A DNA stretch of 64,000 nucleotides from an uncultured Thermoplasmata archaeon (GTDB taxonomy: Archaea; Thermoplasmatota; Thermoplasmata; Lutacidiplasmatales; UBA184): assembly GCA_963730815.1 (NCBI GenBank), contig CAVSTD010000011.1, positions 117,470 through 181,469 of the forward strand, given 5' to 3'. The notes beneath the pieces were generated by a model. It worked only from the letters and a program-made list of their open reading frames with translations. It ran no database searches and was not told the DNA's origin. This document shows positions 38,453-47,631 of the stretch, one piece after another. The position numbers were made by a program, and so were the translations under genes. Position 1 is the first letter of the stretch, and each line of letters starts with the position of its first letter.

Positions 38453-39372
38453 CGACGCCGCCTCCGAAGCACTTCTACGCGACGGTCACGCCGTGCCACG
38501 AGCTCCGCGCTGACGTCGCGACGGCCGTGAGCGTCGACCCGGACCGCGATCGCGGCCAGGGCCGCGAGACTCCGGGCATACGCACCGCGGCGGCCAATCG
38601 GAACGTCGGCCAATCGGTCGGCTCGGTAGAGGAGCCCAAAGCGGGGGCCTCGTTCCGGTGAGGGTCGCCGTCGGCTCCCGAGGAGCTGGATCCGCGAGGC
38701 GGGCATTCGAGCGAGAGCCCCGATTCCTCCGGCCGCGGCGACGAGCCGCGCGGCGACGCGGGCTCCGACCACCGCCGAAAGATTGGGGACCTGCGTCTTG
38801 GCTTCCTTTTCCACGGTGCGTCGCAGCGCATTTTCCAAGTCCCCGAGGGCGCCCCGTGCGCGATCCCACGCTACGAGGTGCAGGTCGAGCGGAGAATCCG
38901 GCACGCTGACGAAAGAGTCTGCGGCGCGCGCCTCTCGACCGACCGAGCGTTCGACCCGCTCCTCTTCGCGGGCGAGAGTGATCAGGACCTCTTCGGGGGC
39001 CCGGAGGGCCCGTTCGAGTCGCAAGTGTCCGAGGGCAAGGAAGAAACGCCGTTCGAGCGCCGCGTCGGGAAGAGGGACCGCCGCCCGTCCCCGTCGCAGG
39101 TCTTCGAGCGAGGGGGAGGCCACGGGTCGACCGACGCACTCCGAGATCGCTCGCGCGAGTCGGGGGGGCGAAGCGACCAAGGTCGCCCCGACCGGGATCG
39201 ACTCAAGGGCGGTCAGGAGACGGGTGGGGACGTCCGACCTCGCCATCGAATCGAACCGGACGGCGGCCTGCTTCGGGTCCGAATCAAGCGGAAACGGTCC
39301 CAGCAGGTGAGCGGGGTCGGTCCCGCTCAGAAACAGAGCCGGCCCATTCCCGACGACGAGCGTCGGCCGCAC
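38449..39372 (-). CDS. nop5: Nop5 (Nop56/58) C/D box sRNP protein
   Basis: 307 aa: NLSAVVGARVAARLVAAAGGIGALARMPASRIQLLG...RRGAYARSLAALAAIAVRVD. Paired with fibrillarin. GTG start. Confidence 0.8.
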   Translation of the reverse strand: MRPTLVVGNGPALFLSGTDPAHLLGPFPLDSDPKQAAVRFDSMARSDVPTRLLTALESIPVGATLVASPPRLARAISECVGRPVASPSLEDLRRGRAAVPLPDAALERRFFLALGHLRLERALRAPEEVLITLAREEERVERSVGREARAADSFVSVPDSPLDLHLVAWDRARGALGDLENALRRTVEKEAKTQVPNLSAVVGARVAARLVAAAGGIGALARMPASRIQLLGSRRRPSPERGPRFGLLYRADRLADVPIGRRGAYARSLAALAAIAVRVDAHGRRDVSAELVARRDRRVEVLRRRRR

Positions 39373-39722
39373 GCCCTAGAACTCCGCGAGCGTTCTTGCC
39401 GATACAGTAAGTCCCTGACCAATCAGGTGTTCCATGTCAATACCTGCAGACCGGCCGCCTACCTGTCTCTTTCCCCCACGGAAGCTTACCTCGGTTGCGA
39501 GAACTCGTTGCCAAAGACGCTCTTGCCCATAGACAGGCTTGCAGGGAGACCTTGGAGAATCCGCTCGTTAGAGAACGGTGCGAGCGGACGACTAGATGGC
39601 CTTGCGCTGGGAAACGAGCGGGTGGATGTTGGTCACGAGGGGTCGATAATTCACGAAACGAACGTCGAAGAGAGGGCATTCAAATGTCAGCGGGTTCCGC
39701 CGCGCGTGCCCTAGGCCAATCC

Positions 39723-40436
39723 TCAGGATCCCTCGGCGGTGGCCACGCCGGCTCGTTCTCGGATTGCCAGCCAACGGTCGATGTCCAAGTTCTCGTGAGC
39801 GAGACGCATCCAGTCCGCAAGTCGCGCGCTGGGCGGATCCTTCTTCAAACCCGAGAACAGGACGACCAATTCTTCCGTGTTCATGGCGGGGAGAGTCCAG
39901 CGCAACCACGTCTCGAAGAGGGGAAGGGGGATGTGGTCGTAGAACGCCTGCCTCATCGCGCGAAGCTGTTCGTCCGTGAATCGTTCCCACATGATCGGTA
40001 CCAACAGGGCCTCTTCGTTATTCATGTGCGAGAGGTAGAGCGCCACCACGTCGTTGGTTTCTTGGACAAGTCGATCCCCGACCTCGATGCGACGGTTGCG
40101 TTCGGTGAGGCGCAATACCTCATCGCATGTCTTTGAAAGAGTGTGGATGTGGGAAACCACATCAGCGTGTTCCTTCATTGCAATGCCGACGGCGTCCGGG
40201 TCGTAGACCCGCACATGCGAGAATATGTCGCCCTCCTCGTGGTGCGAGTGAGTGCTCATCAGGCAGAGTATACAATTTGCCGACGCATTCCCCAGATCTC
40301 GTTTCAACCGTTCAACGATCCGGTTCGACGTAGCCTCATTCAGGAAGTCGGTCGCCTGGAGTTGAGCTCCCAACTGATAGAGCATCAATCGGATGCCCTT
40401 GTGAATCGGGCGGAAGAGATTCTCCCGTTCGCTCAT
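39723..40436 (-). CDS. hemerythrin-like (HHE cation-binding) domain protein
   Basis: 237 aa. Repeated His/Glu ligand motifs (FRPIHKGIR, THSHHEEGDIF, MKEHADV, LSHMNNEEALL). Visibly lower GC (about 58% in a 120-nt hand count) than neighbouring genes. Confidence 0.7.
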   Translation of the reverse strand: MSERENLFRPIHKGIRLMLYQLGAQLQATDFLNEATSNRIVERLKRDLGNASANCILCLMSTHSHHEEGDIFSHVRVYDPDAVGIAMKEHADVVSHIHTLSKTCDEVLRLTERNRRIEVGDRLVQETNDVVALYLSHMNNEEALLVPIMWERFTDEQLRAMRQAFYDHIPLPLFETWLRWTLPAMNTEELVVLFSGLKKDPPSARLADWMRLAHENLDIDRWLAIRERAGVATAEGS

Positions 40437-40555
40437 GGTGGATAACCACCCGGAGATACGTATGCCGGAAGAGCGTAAAGGGTAGTCGCCGTTCTTAAGA
40501 ATTCAACCCTTTGCAACCGAACCGAGCGGGTCGGTCAGTGAACGGATCGTCCCGT

Positions 40556-41962
40556 TCAGAATTCCGCGAGCGACTTCTGGAAGCGGTGACGTTCCTCAGG
40601 GACCTCGACGGGGTACCTCCCCGTGAGACATCCGAGACAGAGGGCTTCGGCCTTGAGGCCGATCGCCTCCACCAGACCGGGAATGGAGAGGTAGTGGACG
40701 CTGTCGGCACCGATGACGCCCGCGACCTCCTCCGGCGTCCGGTTGTACGCGACGAGCTGGCGCCGATCCTTCATGTCCACGCCGAAGTAGCAGGGGGCCC
40801 GGATCGGCGGGCAGCCGACCCGAACGTCCACGCGGACCGCCCCCGCGGAGCGGACCATCTGGACGATCTCGCGCAGAGTCGTGCCGCGGACGATCGAATC
40901 GTCGAGGAGGACGACTCGTTTCCCCTTGAGGAGGCCGGGGACTGGGTGCAGCTTGACCTGCACCTCGAGCTCCCGTCGTCGCTGGTCCGGCAAGATGAAC
41001 GTGCGTTCCACGAACCGGCTCTTGATCAGTGCCTCCGCGTACGGGATCCCCGAACCCTCGGCGAAGCCGAGGGCTTGAGGGCGGGCGGAATCCGGCACGG
41101 GAACGACCAGGTCGGCCTCGACCGGCGCCTCTTTGGCGAGCTGGATGCCGATGCGATGACGAACGTCGTAGACCGGTTGCTTGTCGACGACCGAATCCGG
41201 TCGAGAGAAGTAGACCCACTCGAACATGCAGTGCGCGGTCTCGCCTCCGTTTGGGATGTGGGAGGAATGAGCGAGCTGGCCCCGCTCGAGAACGAGCACC
41301 TCCCCCGGCTCGACGTCGCGGATCGCCTTCCCGCCCATCAGTTCGAGGGCGACCGATTCGCTCGCCACGGCCACCCCGCCCTCGATCGCACCGAAGACCA
41401 GGGGACGGATGCCGAGCGGGTCGCGGAACGCGAACACGCGATTCCCCACGAGAAAGACGACGGCGTAACCGCCGACCAAACTGGAACACGCTCGGCGGAT
41501 CGCGGCCTCGAGGTCGCGGGTGTGACCGTACTCGAGGGCGATCGATTGCGCCATCATCTCGGTGTCCGCGTTGCCGAGCAGGTCGACGCCCTGAGCCTGA
41601 AGGCGACGACGGACCCGTTCGAAATTTACGATGTCACCGTTGTGCGCGATCGCGCCGTCCTCGTCGCGGATCTTCACGATGATCGGCTGGGCGTTCTCGA
41701 GGTCGCTCGCTCCCGTCGTCGGGTAGCGGACGTGGCCGATCCCGTTCGACCCTCGCAGTGAGTCGAGGAGTTCCTGGGTGAAGATCTCGTGGACGAGCCC
41801 CATCCCTTTCTGGTGGTGCATCGTCCCGTGGCTGGTCGTCGCAATCCCCGCGGACTCCTGGCCCCGATGCTGAAGAGCGCGGAGGCCCCGGAAGAGGAAG
41901 GGCGCGGCGCCCTTGCCCTGGAGCGACACCCCGACGACGCCACAGAATTCCCGAGGGGGCAT
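40556..41962 (-). CDS. purF: amidophosphoribosyltransferase
   Basis: MPPREF-CGVVGV (N-terminal nucleophile Cys after a short propeptide), RGQESAGI, VVLLDDSIVRGTT PRPP motif. The ORF-track start 42004 is an alternative. Confidence 0.92.
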   Translation of the reverse strand: MPPREFCGVVGVSLQGKGAAPFLFRGLRALQHRGQESAGIATTSHGTMHHQKGMGLVHEIFTQELLDSLRGSNGIGHVRYPTTGASDLENAQPIIVKIRDEDGAIAHNGDIVNFERVRRRLQAQGVDLLGNADTEMMAQSIALEYGHTRDLEAAIRRACSSLVGGYAVVFLVGNRVFAFRDPLGIRPLVFGAIEGGVAVASESVALELMGGKAIRDVEPGEVLVLERGQLAHSSHIPNGGETAHCMFEWVYFSRPDSVVDKQPVYDVRHRIGIQLAKEAPVEADLVVPVPDSARPQALGFAEGSGIPYAEALIKSRFVERTFILPDQRRRELEVQVKLHPVPGLLKGKRVVLLDDSIVRGTTLREIVQMVRSAGAVRVDVRVGCPPIRAPCYFGVDMKDRRQLVAYNRTPEEVAGVIGADSVHYLSIPGLVEAIGLKAEALCLGCLTGRYPVEVPEERHRFQKSLAEF

Positions 41963-42047
41963 AGCACGACCGAAGGTCGGAGGCGGACCTCCGGTCGTAC
42001 CCACCCGGTTACGGGTCTTAAGCGGTGCGCTGCGAGTAACGCCGGCT

Positions 42048-42362
42048 TCAGCCGAAGAGGGCGGAGAGACCCTCGGCCGCCTCTTCCTCGGAGACGCCTT
42101 TCTCTTCCTTCTTTTCCTCTTCCTTCTTCTCGCCCTTGCCTTCTTTCTTCTCGGCCGGGGCCGCCGCGGGCGCGGGGGCCGCGAATGTCTCGGCTTTCGC
42201 GAGGACCTCGCCGAGGTTGACGCCCTCGAGCGAAGCGAGGAGCGCCTTCACCCGGGCCGTGTCGGGGGAGACCCCCGCCGCGTTCATGACCCCGGTGAGG
42301 CCCTTCTCATCGATCGGCTTTCCGGCTGCGTTGAGCAGCAGCGCACCATACACGTACTCCAT
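42048..42362 (-). CDS. rpl12: 50S ribosomal stalk protein P1 (L12e)
   Basis: [22 protein letters not shown]...[26 protein letters not shown]. Acidic stalk tail. Confidence 0.95.
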   Translation of the reverse strand: MEYVYGALLLNAAGKPIDEKGLTGVMNAAGVSPDTARVKALLASLEGVNLGEVLAKAETFAAPAPAAAPAEKKEGKGEKKEEEKKEEKGVSEEEAAEGLSALFG

Positions 42363-42393
42363 TGTTCTCACTCCGTGGACTCTGGGGGAACCC

Positions 42394-43253
42394 TCAGTGA
42401 CCCATCAATTGGCCGACCGCGGCGGCTTCGCGCATCGCCTTCGCGAAGAGCGGCTCGATCGTTTCCTTCGTAACGTACCCGGTCGCGAGGGCGACCCCGA
42501 GCGCCCGCCGGTGGGCGCGACTCACGAGTCGCGGGAGGCTCTGGGGCGTCGGATACCCGATTTCTACCGCGAGTCCGATTGCTCGGTAAGCAGCTCGCGC
42601 CACGTCGGCGCGGCGTTCCGCGAGGTCGACCGAAAGGACTTCGGGAGGGTAGAAGGTGGAACCGTCCACGACGGCGCGAAGCGTGAGGCCGACCTCGAGC
42701 GGAAAGATCTCAAGTCGGGTCAAGAGGCCCGCGACCTCGCGGGAGATCGTGCCGCCCGCCTTGACGATGAGCGTGTCCTTCTTCAGGATGACCTTTCCCT
42801 TTTCGATTGCCGCGGGAAACCCGGCGTGCTGGAGCTCTCCGACGATGGGCCCCGGCTTGAAACTGGTCGTTCCCGCAGGCACGAGGATGTCCGCGGGAGC
42901 AATCTCTCCCCCCGGGCCGGGGTCGGCGAGCGGGTCTGGAGGAACTCCTGGTAAAGGGAGAACGGGTTCCCCTCGGCCGAAAGGACCGCCGTCGGGTCCT
43001 GGACCTGGTCGAGGAGTGGTCGGAACTCCGGTCGCTTGGCAGCCGCCTTTTCGATAGCGTGTCGAATGGCGCTGTTCGTGCTGACCGTGATCGGATGTTT
43101 TCGATTTCGCAACTCTCGGCGCATCGTCTGGAGGGCGGACGCGGGCACCCCGCGGATCCCGACGACCGCGACCATTGGCTTTGCCAGGATCTCGGTCACC
43201 ATCGCATCGACGCGAGCGATCTTCTCGGGCGGAACGGAACCACGACCCGGCAT
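42394..43253 (-). CDS. rplP0: 50S ribosomal stalk protein P0 (L10), interrupted by an apparent -1 frameshift in a homopolymer at 42908-42913
   Basis: The N-terminal half is ORF 42783..43253 (…[23 protein letters not shown]…[20 protein letters not shown]). The C-terminal half is ORF 42394..42882 (…[40 protein letters not shown]…). A seventh G (C on the plus strand) restores one frame. Confidence 0.92.
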
Positions 43254-43263
43254 GTTGACCAGC

Positions 43264-43902
43264 CTACCAGAGCCGGACGGCCGGTCCCATCGTGGTTTTC
43301 ACATACACGGATTCGATGTTCGTGCGGCCCCGCTCGAGTTTTCCCATGACCCGAGTCAAGACGGCGTCGACATTCTGAGCGATCTCCTCGGGCTTCATGC
43401 CGCGAGTGCCGACCGGCGCGTGAAACGTCCGGTTGCCCTTCGAGCGAATCCGGATCGAGCGTTTGAGCGCGTTCACGAGGTTGGTGGGGTCGCTGCCCGG
43501 CGGCACCGGGCGCGGCATCTTCCCCCGCGGGCCGAGCACGACACCGAGGCGCTTACCGATCGTGGGCATCAAGGGCGCCTCGGCGAGGAAGAAATCGATG
43601 TCGCTGACGACCTTCTTGACGTTCTTCTTGTCCTTGGCGAAATCATCGAGTTCGTTCGCCGCGACCACGAGGTCGGCGACCCCGCGCATTTTCTGGCAAA
43701 GTTCGGGCGACCCGAAGACGGCGACCTTCACAGTCTTGCCCCGACCCTGGGGCAGGGGGACTTCGTCCTCCAGCCGGTTCTTCGGAACGGTGAGGTCGAG
43801 GTCCTTGAGGTTGATCGAAAGCTCGACCGTCTCGGGGAACTTCCGTTCGGTGGCCTTGGCGAGGGCCTCCGTAACCACTTCAACGGCAGAACGGTCGGGC
43901 AT
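43264..43902 (-). CDS. rpl1: 50S ribosomal protein L1
   Basis: 212 aa: FPETVELSINLKDLD...GKTVKVAVF...MPTIGKRLGVVLGPRGKMP. GGAGGAGA Shine-Dalgarno 4 nt upstream of the ATG. Confidence 0.95.
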   Translation of the reverse strand: MPDRSAVEVVTEALAKATERKFPETVELSINLKDLDLTVPKNRLEDEVPLPQGRGKTVKVAVFGSPELCQKMRGVADLVVAANELDDFAKDKKNVKKVVSDIDFFLAEAPLMPTIGKRLGVVLGPRGKMPRPVPPGSDPTNLVNALKRSIRIRSKGNRTFHAPVGTRGMKPEEIAQNVDAVLTRVMGKLERGRTNIESVYVKTTMGPAVRLW

Positions 43903-44107
43903 CGTCTCCTCCGAAACGCTGAAACGCGGCCGCGCCGAGAAGGCTTCCCTACTTAAGCGTTCGCTTCGCGCTCTCTCGGCGGAAGCCCGTCGAGCGGTTT
44001 TCGACGAGGCTGTTCGAGATCTCCGTTCGCACGCGATCGGCCGGCCCGTAGATGCGGTCGTCGACCGGTCCCGGAGCGCTCGGTCACGTCAGCGCCCGCC
44101 CCAATGC

Positions 44108-44115
44108 CTTTATAC
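44108..44115 (+). promoter_or_regulatory. putative TATA box for the rpl44e-rps27e-eif2a-nop10 cluster (leaderless spacing)
   Basis: CTTTATAC ends 24 nt before ATG 44139. Confidence 0.5.
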
Positions 44116-44138
44116 GAAGCCGGTTTCGCCGCCCGCCG

Positions 44139-44423
44139 ATGCACTACCCCAAGACCGTCTCGACGTACTGCCCCAAGTGCAAGACGCACACGGCGCACGA
44201 AGTCGAGAAAGGAAAGAAGCGCCCCGCCTCCGAACTCAAGTGGGGGCAGCGGCGGTTCCGTCGCGCGACGCGCGGCTACGGAGGGTTCCCCCGACCCAAG
44301 CCCGAGGGCCGGGCGAAGGCGGTGCGCCGCGTTTACCTGAAGTATCGCTGCAAGAAATGCAAGTATACCGTGCAACCGGCCAGTTGGCGCGCGAGCCAGC
44401 TCGAGCTCGTGGAGCACCACTAG
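44139..44423 (+). CDS. rpl44e: 50S ribosomal protein L44e
   Basis: MHYPKTVSTYCPKCKTHTAHEVEKGKK...YRCKKCKY. Zinc-ribbon protein. ATG 44139 lies inside ORF 44052..44423. Confidence 0.95.
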   Translation: MHYPKTVSTYCPKCKTHTAHEVEKGKKRPASELKWGQRRFRRATRGYGGFPRPKPEGRAKAVRRVYLKYRCKKCKYTVQPASWRASQLELVEHH

Positions 44424-44433
44424 AGGCGGACGG

Positions 44434-44610
44434 ATGAGAGCACCGTCGCCCTTTTGGGTCGTGAAGTGTCCGGACTGCTCGACCGAGCAGACGATCTTCA
44501 GCCGGCCTGCTACTGTCGTGAACTGCTCCGTCTGCGGCGCGACGCTCGCGACGCCGACGGGGGGCCAGGCCAAACTCCGGGGGGAGCTCGTCCGCCCGGT
44601 GTCGGGCTAG
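44434..44610 (+). CDS. rps27e: 30S ribosomal protein S27e
   Basis: 58 aa, below the ORF-track cutoff. Hand translation: MRAPSPFWVVKCPDCSTEQTIFSRPATVVNCSVCGATLATPTGGQAKLRGELVRPVSG* (C-x2-C-x14-C-x2-C). Confidence 0.9.
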   Translation: MRAPSPFWVVKCPDCSTEQTIFSRPATVVNCSVCGATLATPTGGQAKLRGELVRPVSG

Positions 44611-44629
44611 CCCGGGACGCGGACGTCGG

Positions 44630-45406
44630 ATGCCTCTTCGCCCGGAGCTCCCGGAAGAAGGCGAACTCGTCGTCGGTACCGTAACGTCGATCCGGAATTT
44701 CGGCGCCTTTGTCACTCTCGACGAATACAACAAGCGCGAGGCGTTCATCCACCTCTCCGAGGTCGCCACGGGCTGGGTCAAGTACATCCGTGACCACATC
44801 CGCGAAGGTCAGAAGATCGTCGCGCGGGTGCTGCGGGTCGACCCGGCCAAATCTCAGATTGACCTTTCGCTCAAGCGGATCAACGACCACCAGCGTCGCG
44901 AGAAAGTCCAGGCGTGGAAGAACGAGCAGCGCGCGATGCGGCTCCTGGAACAAGTCGGGCAATCGCTCAAGGTCACCGCCGTCGAGGCGGCCGACCAGTT
45001 CGGGCCGGCGCTCGTCGAGAAGTACGGCTCGCTGTTCGGGGCCTTTGAGGTCGCTTCGGCCGACCCGAAACGATTCCAGAAGGAGAACGAGAAGGCACCG
45101 TGGTCGACCGCGTTCCTCAAAGTGGCCCGAGAGAATATCGTCCCGCCCCACGTCACGATCCTCGGAACTCTCGAGGTCTCCGACCCCGCCCCCGAGGGCC
45201 TCGAGCACGTACGGGCCGCGCTCTTGGCCGCTGAGAAAGTCGACACGGAGGCCGTCGAGGTCCAATACGTCGGGGCGCCGCGCTATCGAATCCGCGTTCA
45301 AGCGACGCAGTACAAGATCGCCGAAGAAACGCTGAAGAAGGCGACCGAAGCGGCCCTCAAATCGATCAAGGGCGCCGGGGGAGAGGGAACGTTCGCCCGC
45401 GCATGA
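44630..45406 (+). CDS. eif2a: translation initiation factor aIF2 alpha subunit
   Basis: S1 domain: ELPEEGELVVGTVTSIRNFGAFVTLDEY...EAFIHLSEVATGWV... Confidence 0.95.
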   Translation: MPLRPELPEEGELVVGTVTSIRNFGAFVTLDEYNKREAFIHLSEVATGWVKYIRDHIREGQKIVARVLRVDPAKSQIDLSLKRINDHQRREKVQAWKNEQRAMRLLEQVGQSLKVTAVEAADQFGPALVEKYGSLFGAFEVASADPKRFQKENEKAPWSTAFLKVARENIVPPHVTILGTLEVSDPAPEGLEHVRAALLAAEKVDTEAVEVQYVGAPRYRIRVQATQYKIAEETLKKATEAALKSIKGAGGEGTFARA

Positions 45407-45585
45407 CGAGTTCCATCCTGCGCGTCTGTCGGTCGTGCGAGCGCTACTCCTTCCGAGCCAAGTGCCCGAATTGTTCGGCTCCGACCCGGACCCCTCACCC
45501 GGCCCGGTTCGACCCGGGAGACCGCTACGGGAAGTATCGCCGAATGTTGCTGGAGTCGCTCCGGGTCGCGCCGGAGACGAGGTAG
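45403..45585 (+). CDS. nop10: H/ACA RNP protein Nop10
   Basis: 60 aa: LRVCRSCERYSFRAKCPNCSAPTRTPHPARFDPGDRYGKYRR. ATGA overlap with the eif2a stop. Confidence 0.9.
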   Translation: MTSSILRVCRSCERYSFRAKCPNCSAPTRTPHPARFDPGDRYGKYRRMLLESLRVAPETR

Positions 45586-45591
45586 ACCGAC

Positions 45592-46119
45592 GTGTCCGCG
45601 ACCATGCATCGGATCAAGGTCGTCAACGACGTGAGCGACCTCGTCCCGATCCTTCGGGCGGTCGATTCGCCGGTGAAACTGAAACTCGTCCAGCGGCTCG
45701 GGGAGAACTGGCTCACCCTCGATGACGTGAAACGGGAGTTCGGCGAACAGGGTGTCAAGGCACTCGCGTTCTTTGAGAAGCTCCGTTTGATTGACACGCG
45801 GTGGGTGGCCCGGGAAGGTCGCCATCAACCCGACAAGAGCTACCACTTCTACTACTCGACCATCAACATCAGCACTACGTCTCCTCTCGCCGAGATCTCC
45901 GAGGTACTTGCGATCGCGACGATGGCCCTCAAGGAGTATGCGAAGTTCGAGCAGCGGATCTACGACGCCGTGGGGACTGAGGGGCGGTTCTTCTCGGACG
46001 TCGCCGAGGAACTCGGGATGAGCCCGACCCGACTCAAGGCGCTCGTCAAACGTTCGGAAAAGCTGGAGTACCGTGGCCACCGAATCGAGCGGTTCGTTGC
46101 AGAGCCCCTCGGCACGTAG
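45592..46119 (+). CDS. hypothetical protein, possibly winged-helix DNA-binding
   Basis: 175 aa. LKLVQRLGENWLTLDDVKREFG... and C-terminal FFSDVAEELGMSPTRLKALVKRSEKLEY look HTH-like. GTG 45592 or ATG 45604. Confidence 0.5.
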   Translation: MSATMHRIKVVNDVSDLVPILRAVDSPVKLKLVQRLGENWLTLDDVKREFGEQGVKALAFFEKLRLIDTRWVAREGRHQPDKSYHFYYSTINISTTSPLAEISEVLAIATMALKEYAKFEQRIYDAVGTEGRFFSDVAEELGMSPTRLKALVKRSEKLEYRGHRIERFVAEPLGT

Positions 46120-46648
46120 GAGACTCCCTGAGGTCTCGGTCCTGCGGGTCGGACATCGACCCGGCCGGGACCCCCGCCTCACGACCCACGTGGCCCTCGC
46201 CGCGCGAGCGTTCGGCGCGCGCCGGATGTATCTTCATCCACGGGATGACGACCTCGCGGAACGAATTGCGGCCGTGAGCCACCGCTGGGGCGGGGACTTC
46301 GCCGTGGTCCCGGTCGATGATTGGAAAAGCCTCGTGCGCTCCTTCCCTGGGACCGTGGTCCACCTCACCATGTACGGGATTCCGCTCGAGAAGAGCCTTC
46401 CCCGGCTGGCCCGTCTCCGGCACATCCTCCTGGTCGTGGGCGGTGCCAAGGTACCCCCGGATCTCTATCGGAAGGCGAAGTACAACGTGGCCGTCGGACA
46501 CCAACCTCACAGTGAGGTCGCCGCGGTCGCCGTCACGCTCGAGCGACTGCTCGGACTACCGCGCCCGGTCCGAGCCGGCGAAGCGCCGCAGCGGATCGTC
46601 CCCTCCTCTCGAGGAAAGCGCCTCATCGGGGGTCGGAATCGCCCATGA
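46073..46648 (+). CDS. trm56: tRNA (cytidine56-2'-O)-methyltransferase aTrm56 (SPOUT)
   Basis: VLRVGHRPGRDPRLTTHVALAARAFGA...WGGDFAV...VHLTMYG...LLVVGGAKVP. The start (GTG 46073 or TTG 46097) overlaps the upstream gene. Confidence 0.8.
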   Translation: MATESSGSLQSPSARRRLPEVSVLRVGHRPGRDPRLTTHVALAARAFGARRMYLHPRDDDLAERIAAVSHRWGGDFAVVPVDDWKSLVRSFPGTVVHLTMYGIPLEKSLPRLARLRHILLVVGGAKVPPDLYRKAKYNVAVGHQPHSEVAAVAVTLERLLGLPRPVRAGEAPQRIVPSSRGKRLIGGRNRP

Positions 46649-47616
46649 ACGTCGGGTCGAACGGAATTCCTGCCCGCGAACTCCCGCTCTCGGCTCGCGC
46701 TCCGGGAAAGTGCATCGTCTTCGGGGAGCACGCCGTCGTGCACGGAGCGCCCGAACTGGTCTTCGCGATCGACCTATCGACCCAAGTCTTCGTGAAGAAA
46801 AGCGAGACGAACCGGCTCAACGCCGACTCTGAAGGTACGCGCCGGAACGACTACTTCCGCTCCGCTCTCGAGCTGGCCTGGAAGGACCATTCGCCGGTCG
46901 ACGTGCGAGCGATCTCCCGGATCCCGAAAGCCGCCGGACTCGGGTCCTCCGCCGCGTTCGTCGCCAGCCTCGCCGCCGTGCTTTCCTCCGCGTCGGGGGG
47001 GATCGACCGCCCCCGGCTCGCCCAGCAAAGCTTCGAGATCGAGCGCGCCGCCCAAGGGGTCGGGAGTCCCGGAGACACTAGTACGGCCGTCGCGGGCGGC
47101 TTCGTGGCGATCAACGGGGGTTCGGGAGAACTCCTCTGGTCGATCCGGGCCCCGGAGCGCCAGTGGGACGTTCGTCGCGTGAGCGACCCCGGATGGGTTT
47201 GGGTCGTCGCCTACAGCGGGATCCCGCGGTCGACCGCCGAAGCCGTGCGGGCCGTCGGAGCCCGCCTCGGGGCCCCCGGTGGGCCCGAGCTCCTCGAGGA
47301 GTTCCGCCGCGTGGCGAAACACGGCATCGACGCCCTCGGGCGGGGGGACCGTTCCTCCGTGGCGGAGCTCCTCAAGAAGAACCAGGAGTTGCTCCGCGAG
47401 GTGGGCGTCTCCCACCCGCGTCTCGAGGCCCTCCTCGAGGCGGCCGCCCCGGCTTCCGAGGGCGCTAAGCTCACCGGCGCGGGCGCCGGTGGTTCGGTCG
47501 TGGCGCTCCCGGTTCCCGGCAAGGAGGCGGAGCTCGTTCGGCGACTCGCCCGGGCCGGGGGATTGCCGTTCGTAGTGCGACCCGTCCCCGACGGCGCCTC
47601 CCTCGTGGAAGGCTGA
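46645..47616 (+). CDS. mvk: mevalonate kinase (GHMP family)
   Basis: APGKCIVFGEHAVVHG..., IPKAAGLGSSAA, KLTGAGAGGS. ATGA overlap with the trm56 stop. Confidence 0.88.
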   Translation: MNVGSNGIPARELPLSARAPGKCIVFGEHAVVHGAPELVFAIDLSTQVFVKKSETNRLNADSEGTRRNDYFRSALELAWKDHSPVDVRAISRIPKAAGLGSSAAFVASLAAVLSSASGGIDRPRLAQQSFEIERAAQGVGSPGDTSTAVAGGFVAINGGSGELLWSIRAPERQWDVRRVSDPGWVWVVAYSGIPRSTAEAVRAVGARLGAPGGPELLEEFRRVAKHGIDALGRGDRSSVAELLKKNQELLREVGVSHPRLEALLEAAAPASEGAKLTGAGAGGSVVALPVPGKEAELVRRLARAGGLPFVVRPVPDGASLVEG

Positions 47617-47631
47617 GCGACGGGCCGCGGG

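Noticed and set aside
39373-39722. RNase P RNA, SRP RNA, C/D-box sRNA or tRNA in the 350-bp spacer.
   Set aside because: - There are weak RNase P-like matches: AGTAAGTCC against the GGAAAGUCC of CR-I, a possible P4 partner AGGGCATT, and GAGAACGGTGCG against GUGAAACGGUGCG.
- The P4 pairing needs bulges on both strands, and no GGCUUA-type CR-V or P12 partner is present.
- I saw no RUGAUGA/CUGA boxes, no GGTTCGAATCC T-loop and no SRP helix-8 GGAA/AGCA motif.
- The evidence is insufficient by eye, so I left it as an open finding rather than a feature.
42783-42960. Programmed ribosomal frameshift in the P0 gene.
   Set aside because: I see no slippery heptamer, no stimulatory structure and no precedent. 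The shift lies in a plain 6-nt homopolymer, and four to five other genes in the window show the same kind of lesion. Sequencing or assembly error is far more likely.
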